Notes under the pieces: generated by a model | What the model saw: the letters and a program-made list of their open reading frames with translations, nothing else | What the model was told of the DNA's origin: nothing | Database searches by the model: none | Made by a program: the position numbers and the translations under genes | Shown: one piece after another, positions 13,246 through 25,926 of the stretch | Layout: every line of letters starts with the position of its first letter | Numbering within the stretch: position 1 is the first letter of the stretch | NCBI GenBank assembly: GCA_964016885.1 | Contig: OZ024743.1 | Span: 150,350,001-150,414,000 of the forward strand | From: Eledone cirrhosa | Lineage: Eukaryota | DNA: 64,000 bases | Reading direction: 5' to 3'

Positions 13246-14457
13246 AATACACCACCTGTAAAATTGGCCCCATATCAACAAAGTACTATTTATCAACTAT
13301 ACCGTCTCTCTTACTAGCAACACCAGAAAGTACCAAATGCAACCAGCCAACGCACTCAACAATATAAACACACTACACACAAAAGACAAAAATACTAGGA
13401 TTTACATACAATTCCTTTACAACATTCTTAACATACATTGAAAAAATAGACTGTAAAACAATGCTAAAGTAGGCTTAGAACAGTCAAAATTGTACCGCAT
13501 TTGCCCAAGAGAAAGAAAAAGTCTTTCCAAGTTCCCTAATTTCTCCACAATAAACTACAGATAACTCAAAACAATGCACTATGCATAATAAAGGTCATGC
13601 CCAGCAGCACACACAGACAATCTACATAAGGTTAAAAAAAAGGAAAACAAAATGACTGCTAGAACATGTAAGAAACATAGCTTATTGTCACAGCAAGTTT
13701 CAACCCAACGTTCCCTGTCACTACATCGACCACTTCCTAACACAACACTTAAACACATATACAACACCCCAGAGAACTTCTTCAACAATATCATAAAGCA
13801 CTATCTCTCTCACCAAGTCCAGAAAACATAAAGACACATTTGCACAGTCAATGCTGTAATGTCAATAGCCTTACTTGTTCCAAACATTATGTTGGGAAGC
13901 ACACCACCAACTCTAAGAGCAGAGAAACATCAACTATCACACTATAACCACCTATGTTGTGACTGGTCAGTAGAGCATATGCAATATGTTAAGACAGTCT
14001 TCCATACAATTCTTAGCTGTATATTGGAGCATGCAGTATGGTCCTCATGTTTCATCACTGTCTACTTATCACCACAAATTTAATGTCAACCCAACTCATT
14101 GCTGAAGAACCTCACCAGCTCAACTAATTTACTCCAAATATTTCAATTCATAGAGGTTAAATGAAATTCATAGTATTACAAAAGACCTTTATTCAAAATA
14201 AGATAATACTACACACACACCATGGAGATATGATAAAATAATCTCTGTTTTACTATACAGAGGGAATAGTAGAAAGAGTTTGCACAGTGACACTTCTAAT
14301 TCGAAAACTGTTGTCATATCTACATTAGGTTTATCTTAAATCCTCTAAATTTATTCTGTATAAATAGTTATTATTTACTTAATTGCATTACCAAATGAAT
14401 GCTCATCATGCAAATTAAACTATTTCAGTTATGTTCGAAATTTAACTTGACGTAAAT

Positions 14458-14645
14458 AATAATTGTTTCTACTTTTGGCACAAGGCCAGCAATTATCCCA
14501 GTGTATTACTGGTACTTTATTTTATCGACCCCGTAAGGATGAAAGGCAAAGTTAACCTCGGCGGGATTTGGACTCAGACCATAAAGGGCCGTAACTCTAT
14601 ACTACAAAGCATGGCATCCGACCCTCTACCGATACTGCCAACCCA
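14458..14645 (-). mobile_element. SINE family A copy
   Basis: Full-length reverse-complement copy. Confidence 0.85.
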
Positions 14646-14781
14646 TAGTAATAATAATTGTTTCTACTTTAGGCACAAGGCCAGCAATTAGTTATTATTT
14701 ACTTAATTGCATTACCAAATGAATGCTCATCATGCAAATTAAACTATTTCAGTTATGTTCGAAATTTAACTTGACGTAAAT

Positions 14782-14944
14782 AATAATTGTTTCTACTTTT
14801 GGCACAAAGCCAGCAATTATCCCAGTGTATTACTGGTACTTTATTTTATCGACCCCGTAAGGATGAAAGGCAAAGTCAACCTCGGCGGGATTTGAACTCA
14901 GATCGTAAAGGGACGTAACTATGCTGGAAAGCATGGCGTCCGAC
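14782..14944 (-). mobile_element. SINE family A copy inside a local tandem duplication
   Basis: Reverse-complement copy; its ~95-bp flank duplicates 14365-14460. Confidence 0.85.
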
Positions 14945-15534
14945 ATAAATAATAATGTTATAAAGATGCACCTGTGGGTCAAAATCATCTTCTGATGTAA
15001 ACATAATCTCTCTAAAAGTCGTTACACTTCCTTCTTTTTATAGCAAGGCTTCTTATTCAAAAATTGTAAGTCTCTCTATATGACTTTTTTATTAAGTAGA
15101 AAAAAATCAAGCACTTAAATGCTAAAAATATATTATTAGTTTGTCACCCATTCGTTGCTGTCAATTCATTACAAATCAATTCATCACTAACCAAGTCATC
15201 ACTAGCTGGCTTATCTCCTAACTCACTCATTGTCAAACCAAATAATTACTGACAAACCTAATGGAAAAAATGTAAACTAGCTGATTACCAAAGTGATTAA
15301 GCACCAACTTAAGCCTGACAAAGTTTAGTTATTAATTTTTCATGTGGCAACTTCAGTTTGTATTAAGTCATAGCTGTTTAAGCTATGACTACACTTTGTA
15401 AGTAATTCCTGCATTAATATAGAATCTACATTTTGCATGTTAGATAATAAATATAAAACAAACAACAATGCAGAAATAGCAAATCGATGGTTCCACGTGA
15501 AATAATTTAGAAGTTTATCAAAGCACTCAAAATA

Positions 15535-15750
15535 ATGGTTTCTGATTTAGGCACAAGGTCAATAATATTTGGGGAAAGGGAAAGTCGATTAAATCGACCC
15601 CAGTGTATTACTGGTACTTTATTTCATTGACCCCGTGAGGTTGAAAGGCAAAGCTAACCTTGGCAGGATTTGAATTCAGAAGAAAAAGGGCCATAACTAT
15701 ATGCTGTTAAGTGTGTTGTCTGACGCTCTACCGATTCTGCCAATCCACAG
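15535..15750 (-). mobile_element. SINE family A, older longer variant
   Basis: Same head and central domain, with an extra GTCGATTAAATCGAC hairpin. Confidence 0.8.
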
Positions 15751-16595
15751 CACCCAAAACAATATAGATAGGTCAAGACACTTATTTAGAATCACTTTAA
15801 GCTGAAGTTGAAACAATATTTTGACACCTTTGATAAAATTCTCAGAATATCAGAATAGTCTGAAAATTTTCTCAAAGAATTCCTATCAAATATCTATATG
15901 GTCCTTACCATAACTTAGAATAAGCATTTTCTTCTTTTTATTTTCATCTTTATAATTTCTTTTCACAATTAAGCATTTAATTTTTTAATTTTTATAATTT
16001 AAATTCCATTTAAATCCATTTAACCTTTATGAATTTAATATGAATTATAATTTTTAAAGAAGGTTAGTTAAGGTGGTTTGATAATAAATTGGGTTGGCAT
16101 TGAATTGGCAGAGATTAGAGTTTATTCAGTCTCAGCCGGGTAGAGACATTGTAAAACTGAGAAGATATAATTTACATAAAGTTAGGGTTGTGTAAGATAA
16201 AATTATGTATTGTGTGTTTGTGTGTGCATGAATGTCCATGATGTTGTGTATATATTAGGTAACTTTTATGCCCTGTTAACTTAGCCATTGGATAAAAAGA
16301 GAATGATGAAATATATGGCCAAACTGAATAAAGTAATGGGGTCAATGAAAGGACCATGTAAAAGAATATGATATTTAAGGTTGTTATATTGATAATACTG
16401 ATGATTACAACAAAGATTATACTATTTACATTGTGGTATTGATTTTCAGACTATTCTATACCATCTTTTTTCTTATATTTACAATAGGTGCAGATGTGGC
16501 TGTGTAGGGAAGAAGTGCACTTTATAACAATGTGCTTTTGTGTTCTATCCAACTGCTTGACAAATTGGATTAGTGTTTTCTACAATAGTCTCAAG

Positions 16596-16659
<64 letters not shown>

Positions 16660-16816
16660 TTAAGTCTCGAAAGAGAGAAAAAAAGAAGAGATAAGCGATA
16701 CATATATTTAGTTGCCAATAGTTTGTGCAAATGTGCTCAATACTTGTGCCTACAGGGTTAAAATATTAGAAGCATTAATATTTAGTGGGCGAGAATATAA
16801 GCAGAGCGGTTAAAAA

Positions 16817-16902
16817 GAAATGAATACAAAGGAGTATATACCATTAAAACATGTTTATATAACAACATGTTTTAACGGTATATACTCCTTTGTATTCATT
16901 TC
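16817..16902. repeat. Near-perfect inverted repeat (39-bp arms, 8-nt loop)
   Basis: GAAATGAATACAAAGGAGTATATACCATTAAAACATGTT...AACATGTTTTAACGGTATATACTCCTTTGTATTCATTTC, 1 mismatch. Confidence 0.95.
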
Positions 16903-16999
16903 CTTTATATATATATATATATATTTATTAAAATAACAGATTAAAGTTTAAGCAAAGAATCGCTGCTTTCACCCTTAACGGGATCTTCTGAAACATATA

Positions 17000-19060
17000 T
17001 ATATGGGAGTGGGGTTATTAGTTTGTCTCTGCATCTTTGCATTCATCATCAATAGCATAGGCACTGCTGTTTGTTTATGAACTCCATAAACAAAAGTTCT
17101 GCAGTCAAGCAATTCAACATGTGAAGATAAGATTGTTGGCTCCAAAGACTGGCCATGTTGGTGGCCTTGTGACTGGGTCACTATTTGCTTTGTGGTCCTT
17201 TTGAAGCCCACCATACAGCATCGGTATGTCACAGGACTAAGAACCTGACCGATCTTTATAGCCAGCATTGCCATTAACTACAGACTTTCCTACTTCCTCT
17301 CCATAATCATATGCCCCATAACCAAAATGTCCCCAGACATATGTGACAGTGCATAAGATCTCCTCAGCAGAATCAACAAATGCAACCTATCTGGGGACCT
17401 GACATGCTGTACAGTAGGTAGTATGGATGTGATGTCCCTATACTCATTCATCAATGTTGATTTTGCTGTGGAAGAATGTGCAGAGATGATCAGTGAGAGT
17501 GACATAGAATTCTATGGGATTCATACCAGTAAGCAGGTGCTCCTACTTAGATTTACACAGGATAAGGATTACTTAGATACACACAACCTTAGTGGCCTCT
17601 GTCCCATAAGGCCAGGGAGTGGCAGACCACCTACCATTACCTCAAGAAGACCCACACAGAAAGGTGGAGCGGTGGACCAGAGTCATACGGATCCAAAAAA
17701 ATCACAACTAAGTAAAGAAAATGATCGCACATGCGGTGGGGGCCAGTATAAGACTAACCCTTGAGGAACATATGTTTTAATTCAATGACAAAACATATGG
17801 CCAAGAGGAGGAGGTGGCCATTAGCATCAGCATTGCTAGTGACATAACTAGCTCTTTATGGTGTGGTGGGATAGGAGACTTAGGAACACGTAGATGAGAA
17901 CTCTATAACCCTGACTATGTACTCCCAATATGTAGATGACATCAACATCTACGTGACCCCCCCCCCCCCCCACACACACACAGACACAGGAGAATGGTCA
18001 GGAATGAAAAAGGAAGAATATGGAAAGCATCCAGCAAATAGCTAACTCCATCCACCAGAGTATTAAAGTTACCATAAACTACCCAACAAAACACCCCAAC
18101 CATAGATTACCTGTACTCAACACACAACTCTGGTTAGAAAAGAATTGTAATAAAACACAAACCCTCCATTCACATTATGGCAAACCCATGACTTCCAACT
18201 ACCTCATCCACTGAAACTCTGCCATTTCAGATAACATGAAAGTTAACATACTAATTATGGATTTAGTAAGAGTGATGAGGAATGTGTCCTGCATGTGTGA
18301 TTGTTAAGAATTAGAGAGACACATACAACACTTCATCCACCCAATGAAATTTTCTGACTACAATCAAAGAAACAGGATCAGGGTGTATAAAGGAGGCAGG
18401 GTCAAATGGATGAATATTGTAGATAATGATGTGAATGGGACTTGTTCCATATATAGGAGCAAATTGGGGAATAAGATAGAAAAAATTAAAAAGATGACTA
18501 ATAAAGTCAACTTTTGATATTACAGCAATAAATATCAGAGTGTAATGTTCATCAATGTAACCCCTAAATGCAAACTAGCTTACAGATTTAGAAGGGCTCT
18601 AGACAAACTAGAATTAAATAGTAAGATAGTTGAAAAACCAGGTAATCCCATAAAAGTCTTAATTAGTAGAATTACCTTTTGAAAGAAAAATACCCTGCAC
18701 TGATAGGAAATGTATAGTCTGCAAATTAAGTCTAAAAATTAACTGCAAAACTAAAAATTTAATATATAGTATTAGATGTACGGAGGCACAGTGTAGGAAT
18801 AGGAACACAACTTACATAGGTGAGACAGATCAAGAAAGGATAAATGAACACTGGTGAGAACTACAAGATGGGAAAAACTCATCAGTACTCCACTAACATG
18901 CCAAAATGGAACATGGGAGCACACTAGAGAACATAGAAATAAAGACACACACAGCAAAGGCGCAATGCTCTGACAGATTACTGAAGTGACAAACATAAAG
19001 AAACTCAAACCAAAATTAAACAGAAAACATGAGTGGAATAGCAACACTACACCTAGCAAT
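17000..19060 (+). mobile_element. Penelope-like element (RT + GIY-YIG), degenerate
   Basis: FNDKTYGQEE..YSQYVDDINI; IQQIANSIHQSIKVTINYPTKHPNHRLPVLN; HYGKPMTSNYLIH*NSAIS; GIY-YIG-like CKTKNLIYSIRC..TYIGET. Confidence 0.8.
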
Positions 19061-19845
19061 TAAGGAAAACATAAACACATATAGAGACACATAAGAACCA
19101 AACTAATAAAATAAACCAGACACACATAGATAAAACAAGCAACCAACTAGTGAGAAGTAAATAAACATATAAATAAATAAAAACACACACACCTGGATAT
19201 AATGCATGTGCAACCCAAGTACACAGCACACAGCACACAGAAACAAGATGGTGGAGGACAGAATAGTGGTGAGACACAAAATAACAAAGTAGTCGCTTAG
19301 GAGGTTACAGAATGTATGATGAAAGAGCTTTGACAATAAACAAACAAATAACCATCTGGTTATTAAACCACTAACTGGAAATTTGTAATAAATTGAAGTG
19401 AAAACCAACAGGTGCATGTGTTTTTATTGCCCATATAACTCTCCCAAAGTATAACAATATCTGTTTCAACATACGTTTTCAGATAAGAAATCTTACAAAA
19501 GAAATACAAAAGCGAAGTATATATATATATATATGTGTGTGTATGTATGTATGTATATATATATATACACACACATAAGCAGGCAAAGAGAGAGAATGAG
19601 AGAAAGAGAAAGAAGGGAAAAACAGCGGAGACTGAATAGAGAGAAAAAGATTTCAATTTCTTCAAATACATCAGTCTATTACCAAGTCATGGTGTCAAAT
19701 AATGTCAAAGGAATGGTCATTGTGTTCATACACACACATATATTTAATCACACATACTCACATAAATATATAAACACATCAAGCTCCATCATTGCTAAAA
19801 CTATACATATACTCGTACACATGCATATTTCCTTTTTTTTTTTTT

Positions 19846-20168
19846 TTTACGTCCGCTTTTCCCTGCTTGCAAGGGTGGGACGGGAACTGATTCTGGTTTG
19901 ATTTCTACAGCTGGATGCCCTTCCTAACACCAACCTCATTTACAGTGAGTGCTGGGTGCTTTTTTGCCGTGGCACCTCCACGACCACTTTGCAGTGGAAT
20001 GATAGGGACCTCAGTCCCTATCATCTCATTTCTACAGCTGAGTAAACTGGAGCAATGTGAAATAAAGTGTCTTGCTCAAGGAAACAACACATCACCCGGT
20101 CTGAGAATTGAACTCACAACCTTTCGATTGCAAGCCCAATGCTCTAACCACTAAGCCATGTGCCTCCA
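19846..20168 (-). mobile_element. tRNA-derived SINE family B (CORE-like middle, RTE-type tail)
   Basis: Minus strand: A box TGGCTTAGTGG, B box GAGTTCAATTC, CCTTGAGCAAGACACTT block, tail GCAAGCAGGGAAAAGCGGACGTAAAA; near-identical copies at 51077 and 57779. Confidence 0.88.
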
Positions 20169-20643
20169 TATATACACCATAAACAGCTGGAGTTGCTAAA
20201 GCAGAGAAATGTTGATAAATTAACACAAAAGTGACATCAATTACATTTTTAAAAACCTTCTCTCTTTATATAATCAGGGCCCCATTCTTGCTCTGTTCTT
20301 AAAAGGTATCAGGAGCTCTGTTTGAAGTGGGCACCTTGCTACAAAAAGGGGCTCTGTTCAGAAAGATGGAGCTGTTTGATGAGGGTGCCCAGAGCAATTG
20401 CCCCCTCTTCTCCCATTAAATCCCATTAAATCCAGCCCTGGCAGGAGATAGATAGAGAGAGTGAGAATGAAAGAGGTTTCTTTATCAAAACTCTAGTTTC
20501 ACCCCACCACTACTCCGAGTTTCATGTTTACAATGAAATAAATGGAGACTGGAAGCTTAGAGTATCAGATGGAATGCAATCCTCATCTCCAAATCCAGAC
20601 ACATACTTGTATGCACATACATTCACCACATACACATCTCCCC

Positions 20644-20646
<3 letters not shown>

Positions 20647-20706
<60 letters not shown>

Positions 20707-20713
20707 CTCTCTT

Positions 20714-20746
<33 letters not shown>

Positions 20747-20760
20747 GTCTATATATATAT
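20647..20760. repeat. (TC)n(TA)n microsatellite
   Basis: Directly visible. Confidence 0.95.
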
Positions 20761-21220
20761 ATAATATTGTATTTAATGTTTCAACATTTTATTACCTAAC
20801 CCCAGTCATGTTTTCTGTAAAAATAACACGCATACACATATGTAGATCTTTTATGCAATTTCATTGATCGAATCATTTGTGATTGTTTGTTTTAAATATA
20901 TTATACATCGTAGTGTATCTCATATTTTGAGTGAAGCATACACATTTACATAAATAGGTTTGTATGCATGCAAAATTTATTTAAATATTTCACTCTCTGT
21001 AAATACTTATATTTCTTGTTTCTTTGAAGAAATTTCCAGCTGTGATATCTTATTGATTCTTTTATTTTTTCTTAAATCACATTAACTATTACTATCCCAT
21101 CTTCAAGAAAACTGAAATATTCATGCTACCATGGAAGACGGACGTTAAACGATGATGATGATGATGATATATATTTTAATCCAGTCAAAAATTGGCTTTA
21201 GTAAAAAGATGCAGAGGTTT

Positions 21221-21369
21221 TACAGTGAAATTCCAATGAAATTCGTTGTAACAAAAAATTCTTTATAACAAGATCGACTGAAACACATCGAGTGTGTGGC
21301 TGTGGATTGAAAATTATTTTGAAAAATTAATTATAATGGTATTCGTTATAATGGAATTTTAACAGTGTA
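21221..21369. mobile_element. Degenerate pogo/Tigger-like MITE
   Basis: TACAGTGAAATTCC..TTCGTTGTAAC at left, TTCGTTATAATGGAATTTTAACAGTGTA at right. Confidence 0.5.
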
Positions 21370-21903
21370 AGTAAAATCTGATATAAGCAGAAGGATTCCA
21401 TGATATTGTAAACAAATAAGCAAGTACTACATTTTCACATGTAGTTTTAATCATTTCATTATCTTATTTCTAATGAAATACACCAACTATATCTTTCAAA
21501 TGATTTTGTAAATAATAAAACAAATTGGGAAAAGTTTAATAAAATATCTAACATTTTCATTAGTAAGATACTATTTGGAACATAATTTTACAGAAATTTC
21601 TTTAAAAAAAATAATGGATACTTTTAATATAAATAATGGTTAAATAATATGTTTTCCACAAATTAATCTAGTAAGGTTCATCTAATCACATTTCTGTCAT
21701 AGTTGTTTAGCCCCATTCTAGCCCTAATTGAGCAAACCAATGATCGAAGTCATTCCAGTGATAACAAACACATCTATTTGTATACCAGGGATTATGTTGT
21801 CTAATTCGTCTTCCCCTATTTAAGTTGGAAGGGTGGATCTAAGAGAGATTTGGCTGCTACAGTAGGTTGGGCAATTGTATAGAGGCCTGACTACTTGGCT
21901 TAA

Positions 21904-22119
21904 CTCTTTAGCATTTAAACCAGCTGCATCCAGCCAGAATTTTCTCACCCCTTTCTGTTCAAACTGGCAGTAACAGGCCACTCATGTTAAGGTATTGTTC
22001 ACAAAATAAATAACATTAAAATCTCATAGATTCGATATTATGTGAGATAATTATGTGAGGTAAAGTGTTTACCACAAAATATAATAGAAAATATATAGAG
22101 TAATGTAAATGCTAAAGGA
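21904..22119. mobile_element. piggyBac-type MITE
   Basis: TTAA on both sides; TIRs CTCTTTAGCATTTA / TAAATGCTAAAGGA. Confidence 0.75.
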
Positions 22120-22509
22120 TTAAAGAAGCTAAGTGTAATAATAGAGTGTTATCATGTGAACTTTTGTTTCTTGAAAAGTAATAGAAAAATTCAGGCATAG
22201 AAGGAATACCAGAATCATGCTGCTCTGGGAAGGACTGCTGAAATGCTTAGTTCAAGGCCTGGAGAGTTGAGGGAAACTACTGGGTCTTAAAGTTATTAAT
22301 TGCTGCATATAAAAGAAAACATTACATTAAAAAAAAAATATATATATATATATACAAAAGCAAACAAATATGACATTATAGCAACTAGCATTAACCATAT
22401 TGTCATAAGTATTATTTACATATTGTGAATAAAATATTTCATATATTGTCATTTTATATTAGATTTTCCAACTGGCCACAGTATATCTGATGGTGATGAA
22501 GAAATGCCA

Positions 22510-24300
22510 GGCAATTCAGGCAGAATAAATACCAATTGTTTTCTGGCACTTTTTCATCCAGCAATCATCATCCATGCACATCAGATGTCTGTACCAATGC
22601 AACCTTCTCTCTTGCACACTAGTTTGAATTCCTCGTAAACCCAGTATCTCTCTCAGTTCATCCAAGCTCCACCTTTCTCTCACATTTACATTGCACATCA
22701 AATGAAGAATGGTTGCTTTATTTCTCTCCAGCTTGCGTATATTCTCAGCAGTCAATGCAGCATTGCACTTTGCACACAAGTATCATACAGCCATGCTTTT
22801 GTATATAGGGATTAGCTCTCCAAATGTCTTCAACCCTATCCTTATTCTAGCTACTATGCTCTCTCGAATCACCCTCCTCCACTGTTAATTATCTCACCTA
22901 GATAGCAGAAGATATCAACCTCTTCTATGGATCCTTCATGTGATTGGAAAATGTTCATATCATTGACATTCTTCCCATTGATTACTTCTGTGCATCTTCT
23001 ACATACAAAGTCTTCCCTTCCTGTTAATCTACCTGTTATCCCACTACATCTCTTGTATACCCAAGATTTATATTGTGTACACTGTAAAGAGTCTATGCCT
23101 TCTCCTTTTCTACCAGTTGAGCAGGGCCACTTCCCCGAAGGAATTTTTGATTCAACATTCTGTTTCCATAGTTAGAATTTATTCTCTAGTTCTTTTATGG
23201 ATTCAGCTATAAGGACTAGATCGTCTACAAAAAGGAGATCCCATGAGTTTTAAACTGCTCTATTATGGCCTGGAGAACTTTGATAAACAGCAGTGGGCTG
23301 AGAACTGAGACCTTGTGAACTTCTACCTGTACCTTGAATTTCTCATTAAACTCACTTCCTATTCTCACTTTACTGACAGCTCCTCTGTACATGGCTTGCA
23401 CTGCTCTCACAAGCCATTCTTCTTCACCTAATTTTCTTAAGGATCATCTCTGTCAAAGGCCTTTTCTAAATTAACAAAATGGTGGCTTATTCTTGGTGAG
23501 GAACTTCTCTTGTAGTTGCCTCACTTAGAAGAGAGAAGGCCTAAAACCAAACTGCATATCATCTAATTTGATTCTTTCCCTAATTAGCATAATTTGGGCC
23601 ATTAGTTTTATTCCTATATAGTTTCTCTTTTTTGGAGTATCCTCTTTACCCATGTAGCAATTTATGATTGTATTGCTGCATGAGTCATTGGGTATGACTC
23701 CGTCCTGTATTACCTGATTGACTATGTGTGTTACTAGTTCAGCTCCTACTTCTCATAATGCTTTTAGCATCTCAGCAACTATCTCTGACTGTTCAGCAGC
23801 TTTATTTTTCTAGGCCTCTTTCATTTGAGAATAGTGGTGCTAAGTGTACCAGTGTTATTTCTAATACACTTTTCCCCATCAACACTGCCTTGCAATGCAG
23901 AACACTTCACGTCTCTAATTCTCATATTACAAGACATTGGCAAATTTTCTTTCTTCAGCCTCTTTTTGAGCTCTGTGTACCTGTTGTCTGACTTCTCTTT
24001 CAGCTATCTGGTACTGATTTCTGTGACCCCTATTTTCCAATATTTCTATGCTTCTCACTTGGTTTACATGGCTCTATCCACTGTGTTACTCCACCACCAG
24101 TTCACCCTCTGTCTAGCTGGTGCTTTGCTCCCGCCACAAGTCTCGTCAATAGTTTGCAATAGATTGTCACACAAGAATTTCCAATTGTACTCCATTGTGT
24201 CTCCCTTCTCATCAAATGTATCCCATACAGCCTTTCTAAACATATTTAACAAAAAGTTTCTTTAACTTATAAACTTTCTGTCACCATATTTTCCTGCATA
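22510..24300 (-). mobile_element. RTE LINE remnant (RT and C-terminus)
   Basis: AVQAMYRGAVSKVR..VHKVSVLSPLLFIKVLQAI; LERNK..ELREILGLRGI..QERRLHWY; many stops and frameshifts. Confidence 0.85.
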
Positions 24301-24448
24301 TCATGTTCTGCCTGGTGTTTATTTATATACATAGATAGATAGATTCATAAATATATATATATATATATATTGGTAAACGGAATAGAAAATGCTGACAAAT
24401 TGTTCACAGTTGAAAAATGGTTTTTATATATATATATATATATATATA

Positions 24449-24538
24449 TTATTAAAATAACAGATTAAAGTTTAAGCAAAGAATCGCTGCTTTCACCCTT
24501 AATGGGATCTTCTGAAACTAACTAACTATTATTATTAT

Positions 24539-24592
<54 letters not shown>

Positions 24593-24700
24593 AAAATAAC
24601 AGATTAAAGTTTAAGCAAAGAATCGCTGCTTTCACCCTTAATGGGATCTTCTGAAACTAACTAACTATTATTATTATTACTATATATATATATATATATA
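24449..24700. repeat. Tandem duplication (139-bp period) of a 69-bp motif also present at 16926-16994, in (TA)n
   Basis: TTATTAAAATAACAGATTAAAGTTTAAGCAAAGAATCGCTGCTTTCACCCTTAA..GGGATCTTCTGAAAC occurs three times in the window. Confidence 0.92.
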
Positions 24701-24767
24701 TATATAAATACTATATATATATATATAAATATATATAAATATATATAAATACTATATATATATATAT

Positions 24768-24821
<54 letters not shown>

Positions 24822-24828
<7 letters not shown>

Positions 24829-25219
24829 AAAATTAGAAATAGCACAGAAAATATATTCAAGGGTCTGTTTCTCTTCTTTTTCCTTTCTTCATCAAAGTGA
24901 CATTATTGAAAAAATGAGAGTGACAATTCATTTAAAAAAGAGTTTTATAATGTATATAAATTATATAAAGTATTACCGGTTTCGATGTATTAGTAAAATT
25001 CATCGTATGAAATGTTGAGTATTACAATTAAAAAGAATTAATAAGAATTAAAAACTGAAAATTAAAGATTTAAATTTAAGTGTTGAGGCAAATTTTTTTC
25101 ATCTTCCTTGTTGAGAAGGAGACTGGAAAAATGAACGTTGACGAATCAAAGAATGGAAAAAGAAGAAAAACAGACCCTTGAATATATTTTCCGTGCTATT
25201 TCCAATTTCACCTTTTCTC
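24822..25219. repeat. Inverted-repeat element (~70-bp arms) enclosing a decayed HHR-like motif
   Basis: GAAGGTAAAATTAGAAATAGCACAGAAAATATATTCAAGGGTCTGTTT vs AAACAGACCCTTGAATATATTTTCCGTGCTATTTCCAATTTCACCTT; minus-strand GATG..CATCGAAACCGGTA near 24970-25000. Confidence 0.8.
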
Positions 25220-25284
25220 TATAACCGCTGTTTTGTATAGAACCTTACTTCCCTTTTCAAATATATATATATACACACACAATC

Positions 25285-25324
<40 letters not shown>

Positions 25325-25368
25325 CCTCTATTTATATATATATATATATATAAACAAATCCTCCTGTA

Positions 25369-25487
25369 TTTTGTCGTATTTTCCAAAACAAATATTGTAT
25401 TTTTGTTATTGCTTGTTAAATACGAGGTTTTTGTCGTATTTTACAAAACAAATCTTGTATTTTTTTTATCGCTTGTTAAATACGAGG
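25369..25487. repeat. Direct tandem repeat, 2 x 60 bp
   Basis: TTTTGTCGTATTTT..CAAAACAAAT..GCTTGTTAAATACGAGG twice. Confidence 0.9.
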
Positions 25488-25523
25488 ATCTTACTTAAAC
25501 TTAACCTTCTCGCTAACAACTCA

Positions 25524-25602
<79 letters not shown>

Positions 25603-25650
25603 CTCTCTCTCTCTCACACACACACACACATATATATCTTTATATATATG

Positions 25651-25926
25651 GTATAATAAAAAAATTCATACACTTAACATGTAAGCACGACCTTAGGTTT
25701 TGGGGTCCAGTATATTGCCACCACTGTATCATGGATGAGCATTTCAATACTGGCCTTTTATTGAGTGCCAGGACAAAATTACCAAAAATGTTTTCACAAT
25801 TTTGTCTTGGCACATGATGAGAGGTGAATATTGAAACAGATCCTTCACTATACAGGGGTGGCCATAACTAGACCTTGAAACCTAAGGTTGCACATACATT
25901 TTAAATGTATGAAATCTTTATTATAC
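25651..25926. repeat. Degenerate palindrome (~110-bp arms) with HHR-like remnants near the centre
   Basis: GTATAATAAA..CCTTAGGTTT..CTGTAT..TTTCAATA mirrored by TATTGAAA..ATACAG..AAACCTAAGG..TTTATTATAC; TGATGAGAGGTGAATATTGAAACAGATC near 25815. Confidence 0.75.

Larger units (their letters stand above)
11060..14150 (+). mobile_element. Highly degenerate LINE (I/Jockey-like), interrupted by two RTE 3' ends
   Basis: A/C-rich strand bias; RT domain-4-like EVLQGS..LFNLHLHNL near 12650-12710; knuckle-like TLRA..TVFHTILSC near 13900-14020. Confidence 0.4.

Noticed and set aside
20085-20168. tRNA gene
   Set aside because: A and B boxes continue directly into a SINE body present in several copies; it is a SINE head
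20276-20440. hAT-like MITE (CAGGGC..TAAATCCAGCCCTG)
   Set aside because: Only one convincing TIR and no 8-bp TSD
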